DNA of 52,247 bases from Atractiella rhizophila. Taxonomy: Eukaryota. The stretch spans positions 1 through 52,247 of the forward strand of contig MU271502.1 in assembly GCA_021432655.1 (NCBI GenBank), written 5' to 3'. Numbering within the stretch: position 1 is the stretch's first letter; each line of letters begins with the position of its first letter. Of this stretch, positions 1 through 12,955 are shown in pieces. A model generated the notes under the pieces. It was not told the origin of the DNA. It worked only from the letters and a program-made list of their open reading frames with translations, and searched no databases. A program made the translations under genes and the position numbers.

Positions 1-910
1 GGAGAAACGAAGAGCTCTCTTTCTTCGTGTGACGGTGTCAGTTCAGAAGAATGCAGAGAGGGAGGAGACTTGAGGAAGGAGGAGTGGGAGAGCACCACTG
101 TTGTTGTTGCGTTTGCTGGAGGCGAGTACGGGGGGATCAGAGGTTGGGCAGGCGGTGAATTTGAATTGGTCGTCAGTGGCGAAGGTGGGATGTCGGGCGA
201 ATCGAACGTGCCGCTCCGTTCGAGTACTACGCTCGTGAGTGGTGGAGAGGGGATGAATTGTGCTATGAGCCGAGGGGTCGTTATTTGTCGCTCGACGAGG
301 AGGGAGAAGCAAGAGAGAGGAGAGAAAGCGCTGCTGGAAGGCAGGTATTCGACGAAGGCGAGATGGATTCGGTAGCCTTTGGAACGGGACGAAAGCGGAG
401 GTGGAGAGAACGTCCAGTGGAACGAGGTAGAACTTGGAGGGAGCAGATGTACTGAAGGCGAATTTTGAAACTGTGAGAACCCAGTCCATACTACATCTTT
501 CTATTCAGTGGATGAGGACTCACATTCGGCGTCAAATTGGCACCAGAAACCAAAAGCCGATGCAACGCCTGTGGATTGCTCGCACAAACGAAGCTCAATC
601 CATTCATCTTCTCGCTCTCTCCATTCTCTCCAGCATGACATTCGAATTCGAATGTCATCTTCAGCTCCTCCCCTTCCCCTGTCCCCCTCACTAGCTTTAA
701 CAATGTCTTATTCCGGCTCCAGCCCTCTTTTAAGTCCGGATCCTCTACAAACTGCACTCCTTCACCCCGAAACTCGACCTCGTCCCCGCTCACTGATGGC
801 GTGCAGACTAGTTGTTGGAAAGGAGAGGAAATGGCGAGTGACTTGAGCTTGAAGCGTTGGGGCAGGGGTTGGTACAACGAATACTCGTTCTTGGACGCGG
901 TGATGCCCAT
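1..910 (-). CDS. 5' part of a Sip3/Ysp1 (Lam1)-family protein; family members carry BAR-PH-VASt domains. Runs off the window start.
   Basis: Starts MGITASK, an N-myristoylation-like MGxxxS motif. Exon 1 has VQFVEDPD...LLKL...MNGLSFVCAS. After a GTGAGT...CAG intron (~520-473) the frame reads FQNSPSVHLL...SFHWTFSPP...GYRIHLAFVEY...LSCFSLLV, which matches my recollection of the fungal SipA3/Sip3 N-terminal domain. The BAR/PH/VASt domains would lie outside the window. Confidence 0.65.
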
Positions 911-1149
911 TGTGAGCGTAGAAGTGCTGAGGAGAGTAACAAAAGAGGGTCTGGAGTTTGGAGTCTTGGTCGTTCCTTAGTCGATCGTGAACACGAGCGG
1001 TTGGTCGTGTTTGCTTCCTTGCACAACAGATCGCTTTTGTTGCAATGTGCATTGTATCATAATCACTATATATATATTTTCTTGTTACGGCGCACTCTGA
1101 TCCTCTGTCTCCGCCTCGTTCTACGACAACAACTGCGATGAACTTCTAG

Positions 1150-1910
1150 ACTTCCCATTTAAGGGAAACGGAAACGCAGCTGCGCGCTTGCCACAACATC
1201 GTGACAAACGGGAAATACGTGACAGTGGACGTGAAAATCTTTCTGAAGATGCTGCCATCTCGAGAGCCAATGCCTGACATCTCAGTCCAGCGGTCAGATG
1301 CATGTGGAGCTGAAGGTACTCCTTTCGAGCAGTTTGTGAGCACTCCATCGCTTTAAATTGCTTAAATTGAGCACATTTACTTTTATGTGTCATTTATCTG
1401 AAAACACATAACCCCCTTTATCGATACAGAATGGCAGCTCGTCAACACGAGCGGCAAGATTGACAGCGATTTCGTCGAAGTGTTTGGAGTCAACGGAGCC
1501 AAACCAGATATCTTTACCAAGGAGAACACTGTCATGAAGAAAACAGAGTCGTTCGGCGAGTTCAAGAAGCTATGCCAGAGCAGCACATTTCGTTGCCTGG
1601 GACAAACTAAAAATGTTGCATAGGGATGTCTCTTATGGAAATATCCTTGGCACAACTGAAGGAGGACCACAGGGATACTCAATATTCAATGGATTCGGAG
1701 CTCGCGAAGAAGGAAGGCGAGACTCTCAGGGAACGAGCGGCGCGCATGTTTTTCGGTGCTTGTTGTCGTGCAGTCCTTGATAACCGGGACAGTACTTATC
1801 AGTCCATTGTGTTATGGACTCTTGGAAGAAATATACATGTCTACTGCTCCGTCGTCATATGCTGTGAATCCGTCAGTCTCTATTGTGGTTCTATCGTCAG
1901 GGAAGGGTAG
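1150..1910 (+). pseudogene. Degenerate fungal-type protein kinase (FunK1 / Pkinase_fungal) remnant
   Basis: At 1568-1648 one frame reads SYARAAHFVAWDKLKMLHRDVSYGNIL, matching the FunK1 AH...LHRD(I/V)SxGNIL catalytic loop. A DSELAKK segment (DxELA activation-loop equivalent) follows in a different frame. A KPDIF...ESFGEFKK segment precedes it in a third frame. Stops bracket each piece. Confidence 0.6.
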
Positions 1911-2087
1911 TTGAAATAAAGATTCTGTCTACAATTATACTGTAACCGACATACTCACACTAGGAAATAATCAAGATACAGTCGATACTATCCACAGTCC
2001 ACAGACCCGGCTTTCTTCAGGGCACAAAACAAACCAAATGCAAAATTGCAAAAGAGTGTCAATTGTCCACATGAACACTAGGAATCC

Positions 2088-4607
2088 TTAATAAGTCGCT
2101 AACGAGACGATCAAAATTATAACAGCCGTCGCCATACTGACAGTGTTGGACGAAGCGGCAGAATGGCCACCTGCAGCATTGTCGCTGTTGCTTGAGTTGT
2201 TACCGCCATTCCCCGTCTGGCCGTTGCTTTGAGAAGTGTGCTCCTTTTTGATCAGTTGTGCTCCGAGTTCTGTGCTCATGTTCAGCATTTCTTTCGACAA
2301 GGGGAAACCTGGACGTACCACCAAGACCGTAGGTCGGAGCAGAGAGATGACAGGAGAAAGAGATAGGGTACACGCTTGCATCGATAACTCTGAGATTCGC
2401 TGTTGTGCACCACGTTGAGCTCGAGACTTCAAAGGGGAAATATGACGTACCAACACCATAAACTTTAAAATTGCCATCGACTACCCCACCAAGGTTCTTC
2501 GCCATCATCGCACAGGTGGAAGAGGGGTGATACCTTCACAGTAAAAATGTCCGTTAGCGTCTACTTCTAGAAACCTTGACGTGGAATGATTTACTCTGTT
2601 CCAGCTCCACCTCCAATATACTCGTCCCATTCACTATCTTCATCTACATTCGCTCCCGGGCTGGTTTCAGCCTCTATCAGACCAGCCAATGGAGCCGTCT
2701 GGCCTATCTTCCTCGCGAGGCGTGCTCCAGCGCGAAGAATTTCTTTGTCTGCCAATGGAACCATCAAGGCGATTGATTAGGGAAGGGAGTGAAAGAGGAC
2801 GCACCTGCGGGATGGCTCCAATATGCTGGGTCGATCGTAGGATATTTGAACGGATCGCTGGAGGTGACATAAAGCCTTCCTTGACTTAGAGGATGCTGCA
2901 GGGCGAATTGAACGGCAATGTTTCCGCCCGTAAGGGAGAGGAGAATCTCGACCTGTCCAACATCGCCCGGCTACAACCCCACCTTCTTCAGACCTTTCAG
3001 GTTAAAGTTGGAGGGATAATGCTTACAAGAAGAACTTGGGCGTTCGTATTGTAAATCGCTTCATAGCCAGCCATCACGTCGGCATTCGAGGACACATGTT
3101 CAGGTGCAACATTTTGCGATGACCACGATAAGTTTGCTTTGAGCTCGTTAGAGAATGAATTATAGGAGTCTCCAAAGAGCGTTCGCCCAGGAACATAAAC
3201 TAGCTCCTCATCAGTTAATTTAGGCTTTGGGGGGGAGGACCCACTGATGGCATCGTTCGTGTAGGAGAGGAATTCAGGATCTGATTTGTTTTCGGCTCGT
3301 AAGTCGCCTGCGGTAACTGAAGTAGTTGAGAAGGAGAGAGAATAACTAAGGTGGTCTTGCAAATGCTCTCCGACTCCAGGCAAGTCAATTTCTTCATAAC
3401 ATCACGTTAGTACTTGTCAATCGGAGAAGGATAACCTACTCGTCTCGATCCCGGCAGCACTCAACACATCTGCTGGCCCAATACCGCTGTGCATCAAGAT
3501 CCTAGGTGACCCCATAGTTCCTGCTGACAGGACAGCTTCCAGGTTAACGTTTACAGTATGCGTTGCTTCTCCAGCCGCTTTCGCGAATTCGACCTGGGTG
3601 ACATTCCCATTCTTCTCGTCAAGGATCAGGCGCGTGACTTGCATGCCGTACAACACATCCAAATTGCTCCTCGGGGGAAGAGGGTCGAGATATCCTGAAC
3701 GGGAGTAGGAGCGTGTCCAGTTCGTAGGGTTGACGGCTGACGTTGTGATTACTCCTCCGGCGGTGTTTCCACTGGATGAATCGCTGGCGATGGGGAGGGA
3801 GAGAGCTTGGAGGGTGGGAATCCAGGTTGAGACCGCGTCCGGGAAGTAAGCGGGATAGGAATAGTGGATGGGACCTGAGGAACCGCGACTGGAGGCGGAA
3901 TATTCGATGTTGTAATTCGATTTCGCTTCTGCTGAAGGCGGTACGAATGTTTCTGCCTTTTAACATGTCAATGGTATTTGTTTTGGGAAAAAATTCAACG
4001 AAATACCTTCTTCATGGCGTCTGAAAACGTGTCCCAGCTCCAATTATCCTGTCCATCCGTCCCGTCAAGCAAGTCGTGCCATGCATCAATCTCAGTCTTG
4101 CTTGGCTTAACCAGATATGCTCCTGGATCACTACACGTCAATTTCGCTCTCAAAAGCACGAGAATGGCATGAAAGACAACCATTTATGGCGCTGCTTCCA
4201 CCAAGGATTTTTCCAACGGGCCAATAACGCTGATTTCCGTTCAAATTGGTTTGGTTAACGGTCTGGAATCCCCAATCGTACTGAGTTCCAGTCACGCCGT
4301 CGTAGTAGGCCATCCCTGGATGATCTATCCTTGCGAACATTCAGTGACTGTCCTGTATGTCTACGAAAAGCAAAAACACCTCACCGATTCTTTCCCTGAC
4401 ATCGTCTCCATTTCCTCCAGCTTCAATCACCAAAACAGATCTATCCGCGTCTTCAGACAACCTCGAACCGAGCACCAGACCGGCCAGGCCACCTCCACAG
4501 ATGACATAGTCGTAAGAAGAAGCGAGCGAGGATGCATCCCCATCAATCAAACGAGCAAAGGAGTGTGGGAGTGTTACAAAGAGTGGTAACAGTAAAAGGT
4601 GGTTCAT
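2088..4607 (-). CDS. Secreted GMC (AA3, glucose oxidase/aryl-alcohol oxidase-like) oxidoreductase, multi-exon
   Basis: Signal peptide [21 protein letters not shown]-binding [12 protein letters not shown]...VLVIEAG. Further GMC motifs [31 protein letters not shown] and [10 protein letters not shown]. Catalytic YHPSSTCAM and [18 protein letters not shown] (His/His pair). Confidence 0.93.
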
Positions 4608-5998
4608 CGAAACTTTCTTGATCATTGACTGGCGTGTACAAAGTCCTCCTCGCTCTTTATATACACACCCGTTCTGTGTCCTCCGTCCAGCAGGCATTGC
4701 AGCCTCGATTCGCCGTACCAGGCATGCCTTACCGGGATGGGGAGGGAAAAAGTTGCGCTCCGACCTCGGAACTCGTCGGGACAAGCTGACGACAGTGACA
4801 CCTCGAGCGTTCTTCCTTCCATGTACAGATGACGCGGATACGAACGGCCGCCACTACATATTGCAACGAGGTTATTCGGTTACAGTCAACTCTCTGCAGT
4901 GCAAGTCGAGAGGTGCCATGAACTAATAGAGAACTTGATGACGAGAGCGAAGCTTGGGTTGGACTTTGTTGAGTACGATAAACCAGCGTGTGGTTGTCCT
5001 TCCTGTGAGAGAGGCAACATTTCGCTATAAAAGAAAATGGAGCTGATAGCTGAAGACGTGGAGTAGGGGCCAAATGCCTTCCAGCTATCCGTGATGAGCA
5101 CCCGACGTAGTTCCGGTTCAAACAACCGCGCTTCGGTGCTGCAACGACAGGGTAGTGTTGATGTCATCTGGAATCTCACACGTGGGCCCTCCGGCTCTCA
5201 TCTGGAAGCTAGAAGCTCAAGCTTGCGGGTGACGCTTCATCATGGATTGGACCCATAAAGACCACTGGCAGAATGTCATCGTTGCTTCGATAGTGATAGA
5301 GAAACGCGGCACTAATCCAAAGTGACAGTCGTTGATGAAGAATTAGGGAGTTGTTCAGACCCCACTCTTTAAGTCCACTTCATCATTTTTGTTGATGGGA
5401 GCTGGTATCTTTCTCTGCGCTGTGGAGCAAGAGATATCAAATTATATGCAAGGCACGAATATTGAATGTCGAAGAATGAAATGAATGAAAGGCAAACAAC
5501 GCTGTCGTCAGTTCAATCGAGATTGCCATATTAGACTCGCAAAACTCAGTGCGACCCTTTCATGGGAAGAGGAAGACATGCTGGAGATCTAGAGACATGC
5601 CCGGCAGGCTGTTTGATCCCTCGCATCAGGCCGAAAGTATGCTTGAAAGAGAAAGCAAACCCTTCTGGCCATCGCTGTGGAGTACGGATGTTATGCGATG
5701 TTGGATCCGATCCATCTGCAAACAGTAACAAAGGTATCCACATCTTTGCCCTCCAATCCCCGCCTGCATATAAAAGTGCGTGCTGGACGCTTGAGCATCC
5801 ACTGGTTCCAGTCAACATCGCATCAGCTCACTGCTTCACATCATCATCCATTGATTACGTCATTTTCAGCGCAGATAGGTCAGGTGACGAAAACGCGCGG
5901 ACTCGGCCTTGGAGATCCGAACACTTCAACTTCTACATCAAAACAACAACGACCCATCCATCACTTCACGAATCCCTCTCCTACGCCACGCACCACCC

Positions 5999-8279
5999 AT
6001 GATCATAACTTCCCCTTCCTTGTCTTTGCCCTCCCCAACACCGTACTATCCTCCCCATCCAACACCGTCTTCGTCATGGAACTCCCCCGGCCCATCAATC
6101 ACCTCTCCCTCAGTGCCCATCACAATACTCCCAACTCCAACACCAATAGCGGTCTACAGCGACTTTGACGAGTCCGTGGACCCATACATCCAGTATCCCG
6201 AACTCCTGGATCAGGAATTTTGGGAGCTCGATGACCTTGGCATATCGGAGGAGGAGCGAGAGAGGAGAGAGCGGAAAAAGCGATGGCTGGCCGCCGTCGG
6301 GTTGGAGAAGAAACATCCTTATCTCGTCGATTTTGTGCAGGATGTGGAGCCGGAACAGTTGGTGAAGAGGTGGAGTGGATGGGATACGACGACCGTTTTT
6401 GTGACGGTCACTGAGCAGTGAGTCTTCTTGTCGTTTGTTAACGCGTACGGAGAGATGAGATGAGAGAGAGCTTGTATGAAAAGTCCGAATCCTTAGTGAC
6501 TCTTATAATATTCAAGTGCTGCTGCGTCACATTCACCAGCTGGTCCAATGGGTGGGACAAGGTGGGACACAAGTTCAATGGATGTGTCCAACTGATCCGG
6601 CGATTCACGTCACACAGCGCGTGAAAGGCCTTGTCCACCTTTCCGGATGTGCTTTTAAGCCGCACTTCGTCTGTTCCCTCTCTTCATTCCCACTCGCCAT
6701 CGAGAACGAGAGATGTTCGCATACTTGGCAGAGTGCTTCCTGCTTTGTTGTATGAGGAAACGTAATCGCTTGAGAAGAAGGGCGACGCCGCCTGGGCAGC
6801 ATGACTGAGTAAATTTCATCCCTCATTCGCCTGTGGCACTGTGATTCTTCTGTGATTCTCAGAGAGTCTTTAACGCGAACTTGGATGATTCAACATTTCG
6901 ATCCACTGACTGACAAACCTTTCTCTTGGCTAGGCCCGACAATACCGGAACTGTAACAGTGACAACAACAATCGGGGAGCCAGCACCGCCTGGGTGAGTC
7001 TCTGAGTCCTTCTAATCCCTTGCAATTTTAACTGCTCAAACTTGTTTGGTTTAGAACGGGGACGATAACAGTAACACGGACATTAAACCCAGGAGGAGGG
7101 TCAGGCCCGTCGACGGTAACGGTGACGGTGTACTACCCTGGCATTTGCTCGGACTATCTAGAGAATGGAGGAACATGCTACACAACGACTACTCTACGGT
7201 TGGCACAATCAACGACTACTCTCTATGTTCCAGGAGGAGGAGGAGGATCTCAACCCGATAACCAACCGCATGTCCATCGTTCATGCCAACCTGGAGACGC
7301 CGGCGAGAAGGACGGAAGCGGGCTGCGGCCAACCAAAACGCAGCAGGCATCTCTCTGTTTGTTTCCCCATGCCAGAAAGCTGCAAAAAGCTGACAAGATT
7401 GATTGTTGGATCCAGACGCAATCGCGCTCTACCTAGTTGCCATCCTCGTCGGTTGGAACCTTTTCGCGATCCGTCACCTCCTCTACCCCCTCAAACTCGT
7501 CGTCGTCGCCTACCACGAATTCGGACACGTCGTCTTCGCCGCTCTCTCCGGAGCTCGCGTGGAAAGCGTGTCCATCGATCCGAACGAAGGAGGGAGCACC
7601 CAGTTGGAAGGTGGCATATGGCCCATCGCAGCCCTCATAGCTGGATACCCCTCCAGCATCCTCATCGGTGGAGCTCTCACGTTTTGTGGGTTCAATACGC
7701 TCGCGAGTAAGATTGCGAGCGGAATCATCTTGCTCACTTTTCTGGTCGTCTTTTGGTGGGCTAATGGAGCCATTACAAAGGTGTTGACTGCAGCAGCGGC
7801 TGGATTGCTTATTGGGTTCGTTCACCTCTCCTACTTCCTGCGAGCGTCATTCATGTGGCTGGGAAATAGGTTGTGGTTCATTGATCATGCCGTTGCACTG
7901 CGATACTTCGTCCTCTTCACTGGTGTCATGTCGAGTTTCTATGTTGTCTGGGATGTTATGGACGACTTTGTGTTCCGGAAAGTCAATCCTTGTTGCGTTG
8001 TACAATTCGCAACGAGGATCCCAAGGCTTAACCCTGGAAGTCAGTCATTTTCCTTTATGCATGTCATGGATGTGGAACTGATGATTTGATTGTTTGTAGT
8101 CTGGGGCGCGATCTGGCTCATCGTCTCCATCATCTTCTTCGTCTCATGGGTCCTTATTGCTCTCGTAACATGGAGACAAACACGTACGTCTTGACATTCA
8201 TCAATTCAAACTTGCTCCTAAATATTCGTTCACAGCGCACGGAATGTACTGCCAATCCCAATCCTTCCTTCCCACCTAA
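5999..8279 (+). CDS. Peptidase M50B-like membrane metalloprotease with long Pro/Thr-rich N-terminal extension
   Basis: YHEFGH zinc motif, SISIDPNEGG-type segment (VSIDPNEGG), AGYPSSILIGG, and LRYFVLFTGVMSSFYVVWDVMDD. Phase-consistent introns 6418-6933, ~6993-7053 and 7357-7415 join the N-terminal exons to the peptidase exons. Ends ...SQSFLPT*. Confidence 0.85.
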
Positions 8280-8964
8280 TCCTCCATCTCTCCCTCCCCT
8301 CCCATCCTTGCTCGACGGTTCTCCATTCATCTACTTTCTCATTCGCATGCTCCTACTCGAAACAAACGAAATGGATACGACACGATCCGGACGTTGCTCT
8401 CGCATGTTTTCTTCTTCTCTTCGAACGACACCCTGTAGTACTCCAGCCAGCCCATGCTCATTTCTTCATTCACGATTTTGCTCATCGATTCGTTTCCATT
8501 CGATTCGATTAATGAAAAGCTGAAGAGACACTTTCTTCTCTCCCACCTTTGCTTCTTTCAATTGCATTACTCTGCCCTCTTCAAGATTTTCTGTATTTGT
8601 AGCATAGTTGGAGTTCTCCCATCCTTCTTCATTTTTCTTGGAACGGAACCTTCACCTTCGTCGTTTGATGCCCAGCGGGTGGTTAGAAGATATGCGTACA
8701 TATGCAGCTATGGCTTTCAAGTTCAAAATCCCCACTTCCCCCAAGATCCATGATTTCCTTCCAAGTTTTCGAGACTATGCTGTGTGTTGAGTTCGAAGAT
8801 CGATTAGCGAACGGTTTGCAAGGAATAGATGGATTGTTGATTACACTCTTGATTACACTCTAGTGCCACAACCAATACATAAATCTCTCTGATCGTAAGA
8901 TTACAACGATGATAACTGTCTACTAATCAAGCGGAACGATATATGACGCCTGCTTTGGTTGATA

Positions 8965-9882
8965 TCATCGAACAGATGATTGCGCTCCAGCTGCCGACTC
9001 TCGAAGACGGTCGACAAAGTTGCTCATGGCGTTTTCTGCCCCAACCTTCAATTGCTCTCCGGCTGGTTTTTTCGCGTTGCGTGGGTCGCCTACGCAACGT
9101 TTGAGAGCGTTGTGATGGGAAGCTAAATGAACACACCTTTGAAGCCAAGGTAAAATAACTGGGAGGTATCTACTGAGCGTGGATTGTTCTAAACAATTCT
9201 AATCAGTCTCGAAGGTTATATGAATATGAGGCTGAGGCTTACAAAGAAGAAAGTAAGTTCCTCCACATTGGCAAACTTCGACATCTTCGTAGGATACTCG
9301 ATCGCTCCTACGTCACCATCGACGCCTTCCAGCAACTCCCACTCCTGCTCGGCCTTGAGGCTCTCAGCCTCTCCAAATCCAACACCATCGTGCCTGTTCA
9401 CCCAAACCTTGCAATTCCGTGGAGACGTGTCTCTCCTCCCACCTCCCGTGCCAATCAATAAAGTCTTGACTCTCACCGATTGCGAGAACCGAACATGGAC
9501 AATCATGTCGCCATCCACCTGTGTCTGTAGCATCCCACCCCGCCGAGAGCTACGAGAAGTGCCTCCTTCCTGCTGCGCTCCTTCTTCTTCTTCTGTATCC
9601 TCCTCTACAGCTTCGAGCACGACATCTTTTTGATCTAGTGGGCGAACTACGTCTTCGATTTTATCGTGGTTTGGAGAGAGATTGAGGCCGTAGGAGTGCG
9701 AAAAGGAAACAAATGGGTACAAGGAGGTGCTAGCCTCTGACCCGCCGGCTACACGGACGTGTGCTGAGGATGAAGTTGGAGCCACAAGCTCCAAATCGGC
9801 TGTGGTCAGGTCGTCTTCCTACACCTCGACCATCAGTATACATGGCTTACGTATTCCTGCCAACACTCACGCAGGTAGGCAT
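8965..9882 (-). CDS. PITH-domain (proteasome-interacting thioredoxin-like) protein
   Basis: SYGLN...LQTQVDGDMIVHVRFSQSVRVKTLLIG...PRNCKVWVNR...FANVEELTFFF, and a later exon reading SQLFYLGFKG. First exon MPTC (ATG at 9882) is followed by a GTGAGT...TAG intron. Stop at 8965. Confidence 0.85.
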
Positions 9883-10115
9883 GTCTACGCGATGCAGTCC
9901 AGCAGAAACAATTCTGGTCTTAATTCTCGTGAAAATCGAGCAGGAGATGGAAGCTTAAGGATTGTTGTGTCGTTGCTGACAGATTTCGACGCGCCATTGT
10001 TGCCACCTTAGTCTGCACACACTTTCGGACTACCGGATAGTGATAGCAGTGAAAGGTAACGCCACGTAAATATGCTAATGCTGGACATGTGATGAATTAC
10101 ATGAATTAAAAGCAA

Positions 10116-11706
10116 TTATCTTAGACGATTAGAGAGTGCCCTATGCAAACCCGCCATCTCCGTTGTAGAAGCACTATTAACATTTTGTGACTGAAAGTGG
10201 CTGACCGACCCATACTTCTTCTGCATGTCCTCGACAGCCTGGATCTGCTGCTCCATGACCTCCGCTTCAGTCGTTGGAGCTTTGTCGAGGTCGAACCTCC
10301 TTATGGCCTTGAAATCCTTAAAGTCTTCGACAGTCTTCAGACGCAGCCCTGCAGCTGTCGTCGGTTGTGCCAGAGTCGGTGGCTCCTTGAGAAGACCAAA
10401 GGTACGAAGGAAGGAGTTGCGAATTCGACTCAGTAAACTTTCTTCGGATCGCCCGGCTCGGAAGGCATCCATCATTGACATCGGTGAAACGTCAACGCGG
10501 AAGAGGAGACACTGTGAGAGGCGGTCAGAAGCCAGTTGATCAAGGACAGATGCCTTGCCTCTTCCAAGTTCAGGATTTCCGGTTCTCGGTTCGGCGTCTT
10601 GCGTTCCTAAGATTTCCATAAATATTTACGACACGAACTTGATAGGAACAACGAACAACTTTGGACTCGAATCGGATGACGACCTGTTAAACTTAGCCTG
10701 TGCTGCATCATCTTTTAGAAATGTCGTACCTGTAATTGATTTAAATCCTTGTTTTCATCTGATTTCATAGCTTTTGAGGAAACTGTTTCTCCCATAGCGA
10801 TGATCACAGGACGGCGGAGTTGTTTGATGAGCGTTTGCTCCATGGCTTCCCTTTTGGCAACTTCTCCCTTTTTCTTCCTTTTCCCGAGATCTTCAAATTC
10901 CTCACCTGCTGGACGCCGTCGGAAAGCGTTCGAAGTGCAAGGATGTCGGATTTCCTTCCCACTGCATCCCTTAAATATGAGTACTAGCAAGGAAGGAGTG
11001 AGCAGGAAAAGGACACACGTTTTGAAGTGCTCATACATTTCGTCATACACTTCTTGAGCCACTACGAGCAGGTCTTTTCTCCACGTCGACGTAAAGTTTG
11101 GACGTATATAAGTATATGAGCTGATACGACATTATCATACTTCCACAAAGCACACCACACGTACTGTTTCCACGTATTGTAGCGCGTGACGGTATGCAAT
11201 TGCAACACGCCAATTAGCTTCCTTATCGAGAATCCATTGCGAAAAGCATCGGAAAGCCATCGACGAGAAGGTATATAAGGAACTAAACATTCTGTAAGCT
11301 TCAAAGAGATATTTGAAGACAAACTTGCTCGCTATGGGATGCATGTGGACATTGGCATTGTCTGCGAGCACTCCAATCTAATCGTAACCATTCAACCATG
11401 TATTCCCCTTCCTCGATACGCAAAGAAACTCACCGCCCGGTTGTCACTGCTCAAAGCTTTCCGTTTATTCCCATGGCTGCGTCGCATATAAAATTCACTT
11501 CTCTCAGTGTGTTTACGCTCCTCCTTCTGAGTCTCCTCCTGCTTCTTCTGCAACTCTGTCAACTTGTCATAACGGGCTATGTCCTCAGCTGACTGCCTCT
11601 TCCCTCTGCCGAAAAGACCGCGAGACTGCACGAAGACGACGATGGTGGGAGTGGTAGTGCGTAGGCGGAAAGGACTTCGCGATTTTGGGAGAAGAGAGAG
11701 TGACAT
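10116..11706 (-). CDS. Probable mitochondrial Tim44-like / Mba1 (mL45-like) domain protein
   Basis: Arg/Ser/Leu-rich N-terminus without acidic residues (MSLSLLPKSRSPFRLRTT...SRGLFGR), typical of a mitochondrial presequence. Internal AQEVYDEMYEHF helix and QVVIRFESK strand resemble Tim44/Mba1 folds. Several short GT-AG introns. The family call is tentative. Confidence 0.5.
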
Positions 11707-12955
11707 GGCGCCTAGTTTTGAGCCGTAGTGCGCCTTTGAATAGTTGGGCAATTGCTGGAAACGCGGGTGTATGAAAGGAATGAAGCTCTGAGCAAGGAAA
11801 GAGATCAGAGAATTTTAGACAGCACTAAGGTTTCGGGAAGGCTTTCCTCCAACAACGACGGCTCTGCAAATCGACTCTTTCACCTTCGTTTCCACAATCT
11901 TCACCAGTTTTCAACCGTCTAGCCACAATGGGAAACGTGAGCAATATACTCTAGGTTTGATGATACTGAAAATCATGTAATAGGGAAATAAAGCCGCGAT
12001 GAAGAGGCAAGTTCATTATCTATCTATCAACCGTATCTAATTGTCATTCCACAGGGAGAAGAACGCGAAGGTCAGCTTCCTTCTACGGTGGATGGAATGG
12101 CGTTGAAATATGTCACAGGATGCGAAAGGTGCAGCGCCAAAGAGCCAGCTAAAATCTGTGAGTTCCTGCTCAAACAGGTGAAAGGGTCTGTGCAAACAAT
12201 TGGGTGTGCGATTAGAACGAGGCGGCAAAGAACATACAGTGCAAAGTCTGCTTTGCTACATTTCTCTCCACTTCGAACTCGAAGAATTTGACTGAGGTAT
12301 GCAGCTAGTTGAGACGTTCCTTTCTGCTTTGAATTGACCGATCATTTGCAGCATGCTTCGAACAAGCACTCGAAGACTCTTGAGGAGTGTTTTCCCTCTT
12401 ATACAGGGAAGTGATCGTTTTCCCTAGGAGCTCTTTGGCACGGTTTGGTTGCATCTCATTCGGGATCGTTCTGTAATTTTACTCTTCTTCCCTGAAAGGT
12501 CTTATCGATGAAAGACATCCTGAGGTATCTTTGGTAATCTCATGTCAGTACGAAGATGTACCAGGTCATTGAACGAACGGGAGGGAAGTATTCACAACAA
12601 AAAGAAAAAAATTCTGAACGTCAACATTGTCAAACAATGAGATCCCAATTTGTACCAATACAGTCCAAGATTAGCTCGGAGTTATTCTTCCAAGAGCAAG
12701 CAACTCATTACATACACCTTATCCGCCACCACCTCTTAATCCGAGAAGTATTTTCTGCAGGCAGCCCAGTATTTACGAAGTGCCATCAAACGTCACGTTT
12801 TCCTGCGCTTTCCGTTCCACGCGCAGTCGATCATCATTGCACAGCTGCGTTCAACGGGTATCCTCTTTGACTCTTGTATAAAGTCCAGTGCTGCAGTTTT
12901 CAGCCTTTTTGACGTTGTAAACAACGTGATATCAGATCCCAACAGCTTTTGAGTT

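Noticed and set aside
4618..5998. Short ORFs between the GMC and M50B genes
   Set aside because: They overlap each other and show no motifs or codon bias. The region fits a divergent promoter, with TATA-like boxes near 4656 and 5769.
6550..6640. Canonical hammerhead ribozyme or TPP riboswitch in the long intron
   Set aside because: The CUGANGA core and the TPP CUGAGA / GAUAAU..CAGCG motifs are missing. Kept only as an unassigned structure.
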